DNA from: Octopus sinensis
Taxonomy: Eukaryota
Direction of reading: 5' to 3'
Assembly (NCBI RefSeq): GCF_006345805.1
Contig: NW_021834392.1
Coordinates: 1 to 48,646, forward strand
Length of the DNA stretch: 48,646 bases
Below the pieces are notes generated by a model. The model made no database searches and had not been told where the DNA came from. It saw only the letters and a program-made list of their open reading frames with translations. Numbering within the stretch: the first letter of the stretch is position 1; every line of letters begins with the position of its first letter. The position numbers and the translations under genes were made by a program. This document shows, piece by piece, positions 24,242-36,231 of this stretch.

Positions 24242-24606
24242 CTCCATTATAAAATTTGCGTACATTTAAACACAAAAGAAGCGACCCTTAACAGGCAGTC
24301 TTACATGATAGAAGGAGCAGTCAAAACGTCCCAAACCACATATAATAGCAATTTCGAAGGGAATCAAAATTTTAAACTTTTATCTTGTTTTTACAGCCAT
24401 ACCTACATTAATTAACAAATAGAATAATTTGCTAAGCGAAGTTCTCATCAGTGACTACGCCAGAGAAACTTGACATATAATTTAGAGACAGAATAACATG
24501 TGTCTCATCAATACATATCTTAATTTTTTAAATTCACCGCGCATGCGTGGTTTCAGTCAGCACCAGATGAAAAATACTGATTCATATTTGCTACCCTTTA
24601 TTATTT

Positions 24607-24666
<60 letters not shown>

Positions 24667-25199
24667 CAAGCTTGTTACCAGTTCAAATATGCTTCAGGCA
24701 GATTCGAACCCATAAGACAGCCATTCACTGTATTTTGTCATCTCGTTGTAGAAAATATGTGTTTAAACATAAAGTCAGCCCATAGTACTCCCTAACCTCA
24801 CTGTTGGACGCATGCATTTCAGAGCGGTTATCTCCTCAGCCAGGAATATCATAAGGGAGCCCTGTTTCTTGTCTCAGTTCGCAGCTTCTGCGTTTCTGCT
24901 CACTGTTGCTGACATCTTGGGCAAGTGTCTTCTACTAAACTTCATTAGAAGGCTTTTGACGTTTCATTTTCGCTTAGAAGGCATGGGTCCATCCGAGGGG
25001 TACGTTGAAAAATTAAACGAATAAAACTCTTGCTCAAAATGTGGCGGCGTGGGAATGAACCCGGGACGCCAGTTTCCGAAAGGAACTTCTTAACCACTTG
25101 TCCATGGTTTCCTGTTCTCTCTATCCATCTGTGTATGTCTGCCTGCTTTATTATTTTCTTTCTCTCTTCTTCTGTCTCTTTCTCACACACACATTCACA

Positions 25200-25510
25200 A
25201 ATTTTGGCACTCCGTCGGTCACGACGACGAGTGTTCCAGTTGATCCGATCAACGGAACAGCCTGCTCGTGAAATTAACGTGCAAGTGGCTGAGCACTCCA
25301 CAGACATGCATACTCTTAATGAAATTATCGGAGAGATTTAAGGATGACACAGAACGGGAACAATCCTGACCCTCTGAATTAGAGGGGCAACTTAATTTTG
25401 CTAGTTGAGTGGGCTGGAACAACGTGGAATAAAGTGTCTTGGTGAAGGACACAACGCGCTGTCAGAACCTTACGAGCGAGAGCCGTAACCACTAAGCCAT
25501 GCACCTTCAC
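25200..25510 (-). mobile_element. SINE family C
   Basis: Homologous to 30388-30706 and to the reverse complement of 37800-38170. Confidence 0.75.
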
Positions 25511-25521
25511 CACACACACTC

Positions 25522-25552
<31 letters not shown>

Positions 25553-26089
25553 AACACACACACACTCACACTCACGCACACAGGGGCACAAACATACACA
25601 GAGAAACGTGCGTATTCGCCGCAAACTGCTTCTGCACATCACTCAAACCAATGACCGCAATTTAAGGAAAACATCAGGTGAAACTGATCGATAGAATAAT
25701 AACCACAGACGCCGCACCGACTCCTACACCCCCGCCTCCCACACACACTGACACACACACACACACACACATACACACACACACACACATACACAATCAC
25801 ACATCCAATATCTGGCGTTCTGGAACCGGTGTGAAGAAACAGATACAATCGAATCGTCCATAACTTAGCACCATTTTAACAAAACCGCGGTAGCTTTGGC
25901 CAATATATTTACGGAAAGATTTGCCAGTATTTTGCAGCTCATTACAAACAAACGTTGGCATCGCCACCAATCTATAACACAGTCTGGCAAAGAAATCTAA
26001 ACAAAAAGACAAAAAAAATCGAATAATTATTACTTTTGATTCACTTCGGTAGACATTGCAAAATATTTTGGCGTATGCCTTAGCATAAC

Positions 26090-26285
26090 GGACAAAACGC
26101 CATACATAAACGTTCCGGCATTTTACTGTCAGTTTTCAAATTATGCTGCGGTTAAATTTCTTCTTTATTCTTCCGAGATCGATAAAATAATTAAGTACCA
26201 GTTAAATACTGGTGTGTATCGATCTAATCGATTGGTCCCTTTCTCGAAACTCCTGAACTTGTATTAAAGTTAGAAATTATTGATA
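26090..26285 (+). mobile_element. SINE family B, diverged
   Basis: gatcgataaaataattaagtaccagttaaatactgg core. Confidence 0.6.
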
Positions 26286-26289
26286 TGAA

Positions 26290-26468
26290 ATTCTGGCACT
26301 GGGCCAGCAAATTCGAGGTGTTGGGGTAAGTGGGTTATATCGCTCATAGTGATAAACTAGAACTTATTTTATCGACCACGAAAGGATGAAAGGCGAAGTC
26401 GATCTCGGTGGAATTTAAACATTAAACGTTTTGTCGGACGTGCTAACGATCCTACCAGCTCACCACCT
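26290..26468 (-). mobile_element. SINE family B, diverged, tail-to-tail with the previous copy
   Basis: tttatcgaccacgaaaggatgaaaggcgaagtcgatctcggtggaattt core; gtgctaacgatcctaccagctcacc head. Confidence 0.75.
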
Positions 26469-26592
26469 CGAAAAAGTAAAACAATTGAGTGTTAGAAGAA
26501 TAATAATAACTTGTGGTTTTCGAACACGAAAAAATAAAAAATAAAAAAACAATGTAAGATCATAAACATTGTAATACTGTATAATAGTGAAG

Positions 26593-26720
26593 TACGAGGT
26601 GGTATTAAAACGGAACTGTTCATGTTTTATAAAGAATAACATATTTACAGAAGTTTAAACATCCCCTCCTTCGATATAGTCCCCTTGTGCAGCAATACAC
26701 CGGTCCCAGTGTTCGTCGAA
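26593..26720 (-). mobile_element. Mariner transposon 3' end with TIR
   Basis: TA + cgaggtggtattaaaa TIR-like end; minus-strand translation EHWDRCIAAQGDYIEG is the typical mariner C-terminus (W.KCI...GDYFE). Confidence 0.75.
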
Positions 26721-26723
26721 AAT

Positions 26724-26894
26724 ACCAGAGAAATAGAAAAAATTGAGAAATATCAGGACCTGGCACCTCAGTGTCTTTAGTGCTGCAACATCCAATCTGC
26801 TACGTAAAAGACTGGAAGACATTGGAATTGAAACCCGCATTGTCGATCTGCTATCCTGTATTCTACAAAAATCTTAAGGAAGTTTCTTGACGTC
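26724..26894 (+). mobile_element. R4/Dong-type (RLE endonuclease) non-LTR retrotransposon C-terminal relic
   Basis: Across frameshifts: TREIEKIEKYQDL ... LRKRLEDIGIETRIVDL ... ILYSTKILRKFLDV, matching the KxEKYxDL ... ILRKVL C-terminus. Confidence 0.65.
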
Positions 26895-26944
26895 GAAAAC
26901 TCAAGACAATATCACTACTAATTAAATTAACAAGTATCAGCTTT

Positions 26945-27137
26945 CGAGAAATTCATTTCTACTTTAGGCACAAGGCCTAAAATTTGGGCAGGGGAAGGAG
27001 GGCAGTCGATTAGATCGATCCCTGTACGTAACTGATACTTAATTTATCGACCCCAAAAAGATAAAAGGCAAAGTCGACCTCGGCGGAATTTGAACTCAGA
27101 ACGTAAAGACAGATGAAGTACTGCAAAGCTCCCCGCC
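26945..27137 (-). mobile_element. SINE family B, tail type 1, head partly deleted
   Basis: Core identical in form to other B copies; tail reverse complement ggccttgtgcctaaagtagaaatg. Confidence 0.8.
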
Positions 27138-27159
27138 TTTCAGGCTTTTGAGTAATTAA

Positions 27160-27387
27160 TCCCTTTATTGCCCACAGGGGGCTAAACATAGAGGGCACAA
27201 ACAAGGACAGACAAAGGGTTTAAGTCGATTACATCGACCCCAGTGCATAACTGGTACTTATTTAATCGACCCCGAAAGGAAGAATGGCAAAGTCGACCTC
27301 GGTGGAATTTGCACTGAGAACAGAAAGACAGATGAAGTACCGCAGAACATTTTGCCCAGCGTGTTAAGGTTTCAGCCAGCTCACTGA
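27160..27387 (-). mobile_element. SINE family B, Tx1-like tail, with ~22-bp TSD
   Basis: Tail reverse complement tttgtgccctctatgtttagccccctgtgggcaataaa; flanks ctttcaggcttttgagtaattaa (27137-27159) and ctttcagcttttgaggaattaa (27388-27409). Confidence 0.85.
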
Positions 27388-27547
27388 CTTTCAGCTTTTG
27401 AGGAATTAAGCTAACAATGAGCTTATTGTGTGTAGTGTCCAGGTGCACAACAAATCGTTGAAAAAAAGGGAAAATAAGGGACAGAATGGGGCTATATAAA
27501 TCAAATAATGGCAGACAGGAATGATAGTCAAAAATTAATGCAAAATA

Positions 27548-27680
27548 GGCTGCGTGGTAAGAAGTGTGTTTCCCTACCATACTGTTCAGGGTTCAGTCCC
27601 CCTGCGTGGAACCTTGTACAATGTCTTCTGCTATAGTCTCATGCCGACCAATCCCTTTTGAGTGGATTTGGCAGACGTTT
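27548..27680 (+). mobile_element. SINE family A, 5' part
   Basis: ggctgcgtggtaagaag...gggttcagtccc...gtgagtggatttggcagacg. Confidence 0.8.
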
Positions 27681-27881
27681 TTCTAAATGTATTTGCTACA
27701 TTCTCCGTGCGTATTTACCTGGTTTTGGAGAGTTTTTTCTTCTTTCTGGCAAACAGGTACATATTCTACCCTGGCTTTTTAAATATATTTTTGCATATTT
27801 GGATTATGTTTGCTGGCCATTTCACTGTATCATTATTTAAAAAATTTTTTTAAGATAATGGTACCTTATTTGAATTATGAA

Positions 27882-27914
<33 letters not shown>

Positions 27915-28009
27915 GAAGAGCGTAGACTTGAAACGTAAAAGACTTTCTCACTTCCCGAGCGTTAAACTAATAGATCTGTTTGTTGTTTACACACCCATGC
28001 ATAAGAGCT

Positions 28010-28223
28010 TCCCCTCTCCAAACCACTGATGTTATCCAAGGGAAAGGCAAAGGGGCCGATACACCTTGGCCCCAGTGAAGTCGCAGCTCATTTCTACAGC
28101 TGCGTTAACTGGTGCAACGTGAGATAAAATGTTTTGCTCATGAACACACACGCAGCCCGGTCCGGGAATAGAACTCACATCCTCACGATCGTAAGCCCGA
28201 CGCTCTAACCACTGCGCCATGCG
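28010..28223 (-). mobile_element. tRNA-derived SINE (family C-related)
   Basis: Homologous to 7540-7750; head reverse complement gcatggcgcagtggttagagcgtcgggcttacgatcgtgaggatgtgagttctattccc. Confidence 0.8.
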
Positions 28224-28259
28224 ACTATCTATGGAATGTCGATCTCCCTTTTCATAATA

Positions 28260-28310
28260 TCATGTGACCCGCCTTGACCAATAGAAGTTCAGTTGCCAGA
28301 AGCCATCTTA
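28260..28310. promoter_or_regulatory. Candidate promoter/enhancer motif cluster (E-box, GC-like, CCAAT, YY1-like)
   Basis: TCATGTGAC 28260-28268, CCCGCC 28268-28273, CCAAT 28278-28282, GCCATCTT 28302-28309; motif match only. Confidence 0.25.
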
Positions 28311-28490
28311 GTCTTCCTGTATCTCTCCCTTCGGCTAACTGACCCCGACGAGCTAGACCTCTGCAAGAAGTTTTGAAACTTGCATGGGGCCCGAATCAAA
28401 CGCATTTTTACGTGTAATTCGTACTACATGTCCTTTTCAGTGCCTTTGCCTTTCATTGTTTGTTCACACACTCGTATGTAGTTATGATGT

Positions 28491-28509
28491 ATGTATTGTA
28501 GTATGTATG

Positions 28510-28543
<34 letters not shown>

Positions 28544-28690
28544 TGTATGTATGTATGTATGTATGTATGAATGCATGTATGTATGTATGAATGTATGCAT
28601 GTATGTATGTATGTATGTATGTATGTATGTACGTATGTACGTATGTATGTATGTACGTATATATGTATGTATCCAAGTATGTATGTCTGT
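28491..28690. repeat. (TATG)n microsatellite
   Basis: Direct reading. Confidence 0.95.
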
Positions 28691-29718
28691 ATGTATATAT
28701 GTATATCAATGATTTATATATGCATGCATTCATGTGTATGTTTGTGTGTGCGTGTGTGTATGTATATATGTCTATGTATGCATATGTATACATGTATCTG
28801 TGTATCATGTACGCATGCATTTATGTGTTTGTGTGTGTGTTTGTGTGTACGTATGTATACATGTATGCATGTATTTATGTACGTATCAGCCGGGCAATTT
28901 CGGTTCACCATTATTCGTGTCTCAGAGAAAAACTATATTAAAGACTACTTTGTTTAATCTCTGCTTCAAAAGCATCATTATTATTGACTCAAGCTGTTTT
29001 ATCGCACAGACATTTACTAGTTAATATTTCATACTAGCTCTACACTCATAGACAGCCTGTTTCTGCATACCGTACTTCTTCAGTGTAGACTAACAAAACA
29101 CTACATAGCCAATTACTTATATTATACAAATAGAGTGTGTCCATAAATTATCTTTACAATATATTGTATTTTCTAAATGTAAATGCAGAAGGCAATGGAC
29201 ACCTCGCATGTCGAAGCACGGCGAGTAGTAGTAATGGTACATGGCTCGAGATCATAACGACGTGTGTTCAATTTCAGGGTCAAGCGGTACGTTTGGTAAT
29301 TTAAGCAAAACTCTTCATTTCATTTGTTCCAGCCATTTCAGCTGTATATGAGTGGCACCCGAGTGTTGAGACAACTTTTTCTCTGCCTCTCTTTCCCGTT
29401 AGAGCTGTCGCATCCTCGATGTGCCTGTGGATGAACGGGCGGAAGAGTAGAGTACGCACCTACGTCTACATGCGACTACGTAGACACCTCAGGCAATCAG
29501 TGAAATCATGGGACATGTTAGCAAGCCGTATTCGTTCCAAATATTTATCTTCAGTTCAAATGTTTTAGCTTCTGTCATATTGTTGTTTTAGTCATTGGAC
29601 TGCGGCCTTCAACGGCGCAACCTCGAAAGACTTAGTTGAATAAATTGACCTCGCTACCTTTTGGTAGGAGATAACCATAAGAACAAGCACAAAGATAATA
29701 TACACACACGTATACACA

Positions 29719-29751
<33 letters not shown>

Positions 29752-29839
29752 CACACACACACACACACACACACACACCACACACACACACACACACACA
29801 GTTGAATGACGGTGTTCCAAACGTTTCTATTATTGGCTG

Positions 29840-29985
29840 GCCCCGAAAGGCAGCGAGCTGGCAGAATCAACGCGTTTGACGAAATACTTAGCGGTATTTC
29901 TCCCGTCGCTCCGTTCTGAGTTCAAATTCCACCGACGGCTACTTTGCTTTTCATCCTTTCGAACGAATGAACGCAACTATTTCAC
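29840..29985 (+). mobile_element. SINE family B, 5' part
   Basis: ggcagcgagctggcagaatc...gagttcaaattcc...actttgcttttcatcctttcg. Confidence 0.8.
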
Positions 29986-30387
29986 TAATTTCCTTCCATC
30001 TCTGTTGCTGAACCGGTAAGCTATGAGATATAAACACACCAGCACCGTTTGTTAAGCAGTGAAAGGGGATTAACAGACACAAAGACACACAAACATGTGT
30101 ACACAAACTCACACATACACAAACACACACATGTATATACGATGGGATAATTTCAGTCTCCGTCTACCAAATTAAATACCAGTGAAATACTGGGATCGAT
30201 GTAATCGACTGGTCCCCTTCCCCAAAATCTGAGGCCTTGCGCCTCAAGTAGAGAAAATTATTGGCTGGCCCGGGAGTTGAAGGACAAAATACTTGTCGAA
30301 GGAGCCGCGCAGATGGACTGAACTCGAGATCAGACGGCTGCAAAGCAAGATTCTTAACCACACAACGATGCTTAAAGTACAGAAAAG

Positions 30388-30706
30388 GAGCATTCCGTCG
30401 GTTACGACGACGAGGGTGCCAGCTGATACGATCAACGGAACAACGTGAAATTAACGTGCAAGTAGCTGAGCACTCCACAGACACGTGGATCCTTAACGTA
30501 GTTCTCGGAGAGATTCAGCGTGAAACAGAGTGTGACAAGGCTGGCCCCTTTGAAATACGGGTACCACCAATTTCTGCCAGCTGAGTGGACCGGAGCAACG
30601 TGAAATAAAGAGTCTTGCTCAAGGACACAACGCGTCGCCGGGAATTGAACTCACGACCTTATGATTGTGAGCCGAATGCTTTAACCACTAAGCCACCACG
30701 CGCCTT
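30388..30706 (-). mobile_element. SINE family C, full length
   Basis: ccgtcggttacgacgacgaggg tail through taaccactaagccaccacgcgccttca head. Confidence 0.88.
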
Positions 30707-31032
30707 CACAAAGTAAACAAACAGAAACAAACAGATGAAGAAAGAGAGGGAAAAGGAGAGACAGAGTCATATATATATATATATGTATATATATACACAC
30801 ACACACATATATATATATGTATATATATCACACATATAATATATATATATATATATATATAGATATATGTATGTATATATATATGTATAATAGATATATG
30901 TATATATATATGTATATATATATATATATATGTATAGATATATGTATATATATACATATATATATATATAAATAAATATATATATATATAATATATATAT
31001 GTATATATGTATATTATATATTATATATGTAT

Positions 31033-31068
<36 letters not shown>

Positions 31069-31138
31069 CTATATATTATATATATATATATATAATATAT
31101 ATATATATAAATATAAATATATATTTTATATGTATATC

Positions 31139-31174
<36 letters not shown>

Positions 31175-31699
31175 AGAGAGAGAAGGGAAGGAAAGAGAGA
31201 TGGCGGAGATAAAGAAACGATGAATAACTGAGATGGTTTTCACACATAGCTGAGAAAGAAATTTGAATATACGCAACTAATTTTCTTTCTCTGCCAACGC
31301 AAAGTCACCAGTTCAAGTTCAGATTGAAGTGGGTTTTGGACGCTTTCCATCAATAATCTTTACACTCAACAGTCTGCCACAGGTCGTATATCTGGACGTT
31401 CCAAATAGGTGAGCGAGTTATGTCAAAGTGGTCTCCACTTCTTATTTCTCCAACAACGTCTGGGAATTTATCACGCCATGATCAACACCAGGCGTGTGAT
31501 TGAAGGCCAGTCTCTGTAGTGGTTGGCACATTTGGATTTTTATATTATCTTTTATCTTTTTTCGTTCTGTTTTTTGTTACTCGTTTTGTTACTGCGGCTA
31601 TGTTGTGGCATGCCTTGAAAAATTTTGGTCCAACGAATGGACGCAACTATTTCATTATTTTTCAAGCCTGGTTGTTCTTCTCTCCTTCCGTCTCTATTG

Positions 31700-31980
31700 C
31701 AGAACCGGTAATTTAAGGGATATAAACACACCAACACCGTTTTTAAAGCAGTGGAGGGGGATTAACAGACACAAAGATACACAAACATGTGTACACAAAT
31801 TCACACATACACAAACACACACATGTATATACGATGGGGCAATTTCAAAATCCGTCTACCAAACACACTCTCAAGACCTAGGTCGGCCCTCCGCTATAGT
31901 AGAAGACAGTTGTCCAAGGTGCCACTCAGTGGGACTGAACCAAGTGGTTGCGAAGCAAGCGTCTTACCACACAGCCACGC
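31700..31980 (-). mobile_element. SINE family A, diverged
   Basis: aaacacaccaacaccg...(CA)n...ccgtctaccaaacacactc...gtgggactgaacc...cacacagccacgcc. Confidence 0.8.
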
Positions 31981-32476
31981 CAGTGCTACAATATAAACTG
32001 ATTTATTGTTTCGTTTAAAGGAGTAAAACATAAAACTAATTTCTTACACACATACATACACATCCATAAGTATGCACATTTATGGAGGCTTAATGGCCCA
32101 GTGGTTAGGGGCAGCTCTCAAAAAGCTGGGCTCTCTTACCTCAGAGAAGACCTGGATACAAACACTCAGCATACAAAAGATTAAAAAAAAACTATGCAGT
32201 ATAGTGGAATGACAATAAAATATGACACGCTGCCCGTGGTGGAAATCAGTGGAATCACAGCTCGGCACCTCGGAGAGATAGGTCTATGCCTGTGACAACT
32301 TCCTACGACACTGTACGGAAGGGTCATTTGAACCCCTCGAGATCTGGCTAAGTGACAACCTTCAAGTGACCAGGGACTAGGATGAGATATCGAGCAGAAT
32401 TGTCAATCTTACCCAGAAATGGACCGACAGGAGGCTATCGCTGAAAGGTGGAATAGAAGTAGTTTACACATAAATA

Positions 32477-32660
32477 GGCGCAGGAGTGGCTGTGTGGTAA
32501 GTAGCTTGCTACCAAACAACCACATGGTTGCGGGTTCAGTCCCACTGCTGGCATCTTGGGCAAGTGGTCTTCTGCTGTAGCCCGGGGCGACCAATGCCTT
32601 GTGAGTGGATTGGTAGACGGAAACTGAAAGAAGCGTGTCGTATATATATATATAATATAT

Positions 32661-32700
<40 letters not shown>

Positions 32701-32909
32701 GGTGTGTGTGTTTTTGTGTCTGTGTGTTGTCACCCTAGCATTGCTTGACAACCGATGCTGGTGTGTTTACGTCCCCGGTTCAGCAAAAGAGACTGATAGA
32801 ATAAGTACTGGGCTTACAAAGAATAAGTCCCGGGGTCGATTTGCTCGACTAAAGACGGTGCTCCAGCATGGCCGCAGTCAAATGACTGAAACAAGTAAAA
32901 GAGTAAAAA
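32477..32909 (+). mobile_element. SINE family A, full length
   Basis: ggcgcaggagtggctgtgtggtaagtagc head; internal TA/TG repeat; ccagcatggccgcagtcaaatgactgaaacaagtaaaagagtaaaa tail. Confidence 0.92.
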
Positions 32910-32999
32910 TCGCTTTCATTTACCGTCTCACTGGCGTTGCTTATCTTTATTACCATTTGATCTGATTAGAGTGCCTGCTTGTCATTTTCTTGTGCAAAA

Positions 33000-33450
33000 G
33001 GACGCAACCTTTGACGTAGTTAAAGAGAACATAATCTTACAGCACTTTCTACATTGCGGTTTAGCCATGCCATAACTGATGATGTAATTACATGCGCTGA
33101 AGTTACGCTATCTGCAACGATTGTCTGATGGTGTATCATCGGTGTAGCCACCGTTCATGAAGCATGTCTTTCTGCAGCTCGACTTCTCGACAGAGTCGTA
33201 GTCCTGACTGAAGCAAAGACTCAGAGAGGGCGCTTGAAATCAGGAATGTCATCAGATGTTTACAGTTTTATAACACTCGGGCTACGTGGTCGCTGAGAAG
33301 GCTATTCTTGGAGAGAGTGATGATGTTCTCATGGAACATTTCGAATGTCGACGAAAAGGAACTGGCAAGTCACTTGCAGAGGAATTTTGGATCGAGGACT
33401 ACTAAGGATAGCTTCCGAAGTTCCTTCGTCTCGTCCAGGCAGTGATACTA
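33000..33450 (-). mobile_element. Possible hAT transposase C-terminal (dimerisation domain) relic
   Basis: Minus frame VVLDPKFL ... HLMTFLISSALSES ... DMLHERWL loosely resembles the hAT TxPxSSAxxERSFS ... MxxERL motif; several stops. Confidence 0.35.
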
Positions 33451-33669
33451 AGGGGTGCTGCCGGTTTGAGATAAACCCTGCACGCACGTGAAGGCCGTCA
33501 AACAGGCTTGCCCGAAATGGGCACTAAAATATAAGTAGAAATATGAGGAAAATCAGAAGACTGTTTTCAAATATTACATTAAGAATCTGTTACCGGCGTA
33601 AAAGTAACATATTCAAACTTATATATACTTATATATACAAAAGTAGTATGTAACAATATATATACATAC

Positions 33670-33810
33670 TACGGTTCATTTATCGCGCTCTCACTATATC
33701 GCGGTTCAACCATCGTGCACTCTGTACATCGCGGATTTTTCTGGCTAATATATGTAAATTTATATCGCGGGCTCTTCAGTATATCGTGGGGTTTTGCGCC
33801 CGATAGGTGC
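33670..33810 (+). mobile_element. Possible Tigger/pogo-like MITE end
   Basis: Repeated atcgcgg/atcgcg subterminal motifs; partner TIR not found. Confidence 0.3.
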
Positions 33811-34159
33811 ATATATTTTATTAGATTTTAATTATTCCTGTGGGAGGTTTTGCAACGTATAAACTTATATTCGAATCGAACATGTATTGAAAACATGGGT
33901 TGAAGGAGGTTTATCAGCTTAACTGAAATATTTCAATCAGGAATCGGCTTCCACCGCCCGAATTCTAGTGGTTCTATGAATTGTAATCATATATTGAGGG
34001 AATATTGGTTCGGATGGCTGAATTCTCCGCAGAATTCTCGAGTTTTGTCTTAATGTACGGGTGTTATCAATGTTACACTGAAGCTAGATCCTTAGAGTTT
34101 ACAACTACAAGCAATCGAATACGTTTTTAATCTATTCTAACCTACACGCACATCAACAT

Positions 34160-34205
<46 letters not shown>

Positions 34206-34774
34206 ACACACTAACCCCTTCTCTCTCTCTTTCTCCCTCGCACACACAAACTCTCTCCGTCTCTCACGCACATAAGTATACACAGAAATGCACAAACGAA
34301 GACTATTGACTAACAAGAGGCTGTTTGCAGAGGACATTTGCTCAGACGCCAGGATCGAACTTTCAGCCACGATGTTGCTAACTGAAGTCTATAACCACAC
34401 AGCCGTGCCTACATCTCGTAAGTATATGTTTGTGTGACAGAGAAAACGAGACAGAGAGAGAGGGGGCGAGAGAGAGAGGGAGGGGGCAAGAGAGAGAGAG
34501 AGAGAGAGAGAAATATACGAAGATGGCTCATGCATAATTTTTGGAGGTGCAGATGTCCGAATACATACACACACACATATACCTGTACTATAGACACTCT
34601 ATCACACATACACACACCAACACACACACATCTATATGTATATGTACATATATATTGCATATCTTGTATACATACATATATATATAATATATATATTCTA
34701 TATATATATATATAATATATATATATAATATATATATATGTGGTGTGTATATCTATTATCTATATCTATCTATC

Positions 34775-34805
<31 letters not shown>

Positions 34806-35092
34806 ATATCCATATATATATATATATAATGTATATAAACGTTTATATGTATATATATACGTAAATGGTTATCTATGTATATATTACTATGTGCATGTCT
34901 ATGAGCGTGTATGTTCGCATGTATGTATAAGAATATCAGTAAGAAATTAGCAAATTTGCATACAGGTAGATGCACGCACAATGAGAGAATAAGAGTGGCA
35001 GAGGGTTGAGAGAAGACGGGAGGATGAGAGGAAGCCAAAGAAGGAAAATCACTACAAATATATGATAGTGTCTCTATGTATGCATCTATGTG

Positions 35093-35160
<68 letters not shown>

Positions 35161-35243
35161 ATGTGTGTGTGTGTGTGGTGTGTCAGTGTGTGTGCGTGCT
35201 TACTTAAATTTAAATGTGTGTGTATATATTGTGTTCTTATGTA

Positions 35244-35289
<46 letters not shown>

Positions 35290-35324
35290 ATAAATGCATA
35301 TATATATGCATATATAATGTATAT

Positions 35325-35356
<32 letters not shown>

Positions 35357-35449
35357 ATGTGGTTTCGTTTTTGGATTTATATACGTATACGCAAATATAT
35401 ATATATTTTGTATATATGTGTGTGCTTGTGTGCATGTATATATTATATA

Positions 35450-35515
<66 letters not shown>

Positions 35516-36183
35516 GTACTGGATATAGGGTGGAGGAAGTGAGTGAGTAAATATAATAATAATAATAATAATAATAATGATGATACTAATAATAATAATA
35601 ATGATACTAATAATAAATAATAATAATGATAATAGTAAATAATGATAATAATGATAATGAACGAAAAGTAATGAGATTGAAGTGTAGAAAGATGCGGAGA
35701 GAGATATACAAATATAGATGAGGAGAGGTGGGGAGTCGGAGAGCGAACTAGATATGAAGTAAGGTGGTGAAAACACTTAACGCTTAATCAACAGACCATT
35801 AACGATATAGATTTAATTAATTGCCGTTCATACTGTCCAATTGGTTTTATTCCTCACTAATCAACCGACTTTTACATTTGCTTCCATTTTCTGTCTGTCC
35901 GTATGATTTGCAATTTTCTCAACTTTTCCTTGCGTTCATTTATAGCATTTTATATTATTTGTGTTGCGTGTTATCGGCTTGGTTTCTTTCCTCCACTGAC
36001 CTACCTCTGGACTGCTTCGTGCTCCAGTCTTATCTTTCGATTAAAATAACTTTCATATTATTTCACCCACACCCTCACCCTCACTATTGCAATCTCTGTT
36101 TATATATATATATATATATTGGACCAAGAGTTTAACTACGGTCTGTCCATATTACTTACATAACGTTACCTGACACTCTTTGG

Positions 36184-36231
<48 letters not shown>

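Noticed and set aside
26655-26840. 61-aa ORF ending WDRCIAAQGDYIEGGDV as a gene
   Set aside because: It is a chance read-through from antisense R4-like sequence into a mariner C-terminus.
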